From positions 79,050,001-79,114,000 of the forward strand of contig NC_042998.1 of assembly GCF_006345805.1 (NCBI RefSeq): 64,000 nucleotides of DNA, written 5' to 3'. Source of the stretch: Octopus sinensis (taxonomy: Eukaryota). Within the stretch, counting starts at the first letter, position 1. Every line of letters starts with the position of its first letter. The notes under the pieces were generated by a model that saw only the letters and a list, made by a program, of their open reading frames with translations, was not told the origin of the DNA and did no database searches. The translations under genes and the position numbers were made by a program. Of the stretch, positions 63,516-64,000 are shown piece by piece.

Positions 63516-64000
63516 TTCATATGTCATCTTCGATGGGAGAGTCCATCATATGCAGATATATATTCACACATAAAGACAGATATAAACATTCTTATGTATA
63601 TGTGCTCATGTCTTTATACACCAAAATACAAAATATTCCTTTCTTGCACACTCACGTATATATTACACTGGACTGAAATTCAACTTCACTGAAATATAAT
63701 AATGAACCATAGCAATTTCAGTTATCCACTGGGCATTCAATAATTAGATGTTTTCCTATGTTATGCGACCCTAACATATATATATATAATGTTGACAAAC
63801 CATCAAACTGGAAACAGCTGCTCCAACAATTTACTGAAATATTTTGCAAAGTTGGAGGGTTGGTGAAACTCATGCAATACCAGGTGTAAATTGAAGCTGA
63901 TACTGTTGCAGATAACATTGTAATTACATGAATAATGGTAATAAACTGTCACTAAAGAGATGACATGGAAATTTTCCAGAGACTTCCATTACATATTATG

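Noticed and set aside
63790-63920. Possible Gypsy protease-RT linker remnant (LQQFTEIFCKVGGLVK)
   Set aside because: Very weak similarity; no LTR, PBS or RT motifs visible
1-64000. CRISPR arrays, rRNA, snRNA, telomeric arrays, viral or prokaryotic genes
   Set aside because: None seen; the sequence is eukaryotic and has no regularly spaced repeat-spacer structure

Overview
Very AT-rich, microsatellite-dense animal nuclear DNA. It is most likely a coleoid cephalopod (Octopus-like); this is inferred from the repeat families as I recall them and from a cytochrome b NUMT that reads in the invertebrate mitochondrial code. The only convincing host coding sequence is the terminal exon (1705-2214, +) of a nuclear receptor whose ligand-binding domain resembles NR1J/HR96. 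The rest of that gene lies upstream of the window. I found no further credible exons: nearly all ORFs in the track are microsatellite read-throughs or retroelement remnants. From 1 to 49 kb there are old, CpG-decayed SINEs, MITEs and RTE, CR1 and R4/Dong LINE fragments, plus a ~300-bp cytb NUMT bracketed by an ~80-bp direct repeat. From ~49.2 kb the sequence changes abruptly to multi-kb TA minisatellites studded with young RTE, CR1, Penelope and SINE fragments, a 760-bp foldback element, a 168-bp spacerless palindrome and a tRNA-Arg(ACG) copy. The most notable items are: an intact type I hammerhead ribozyme in a Penelope-like element (58040-58126, -) and two further hammerhead-like variants; SINEs with one head but alternative CR1- or RTE-derived tails whose partner LINEs are in the same window; and 3'-truncated RTE copies fused to other retroelements. 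I see no clearly new multi-gene system. All alignments and folds were done by eye, and boundaries of decayed repeats are approximate.
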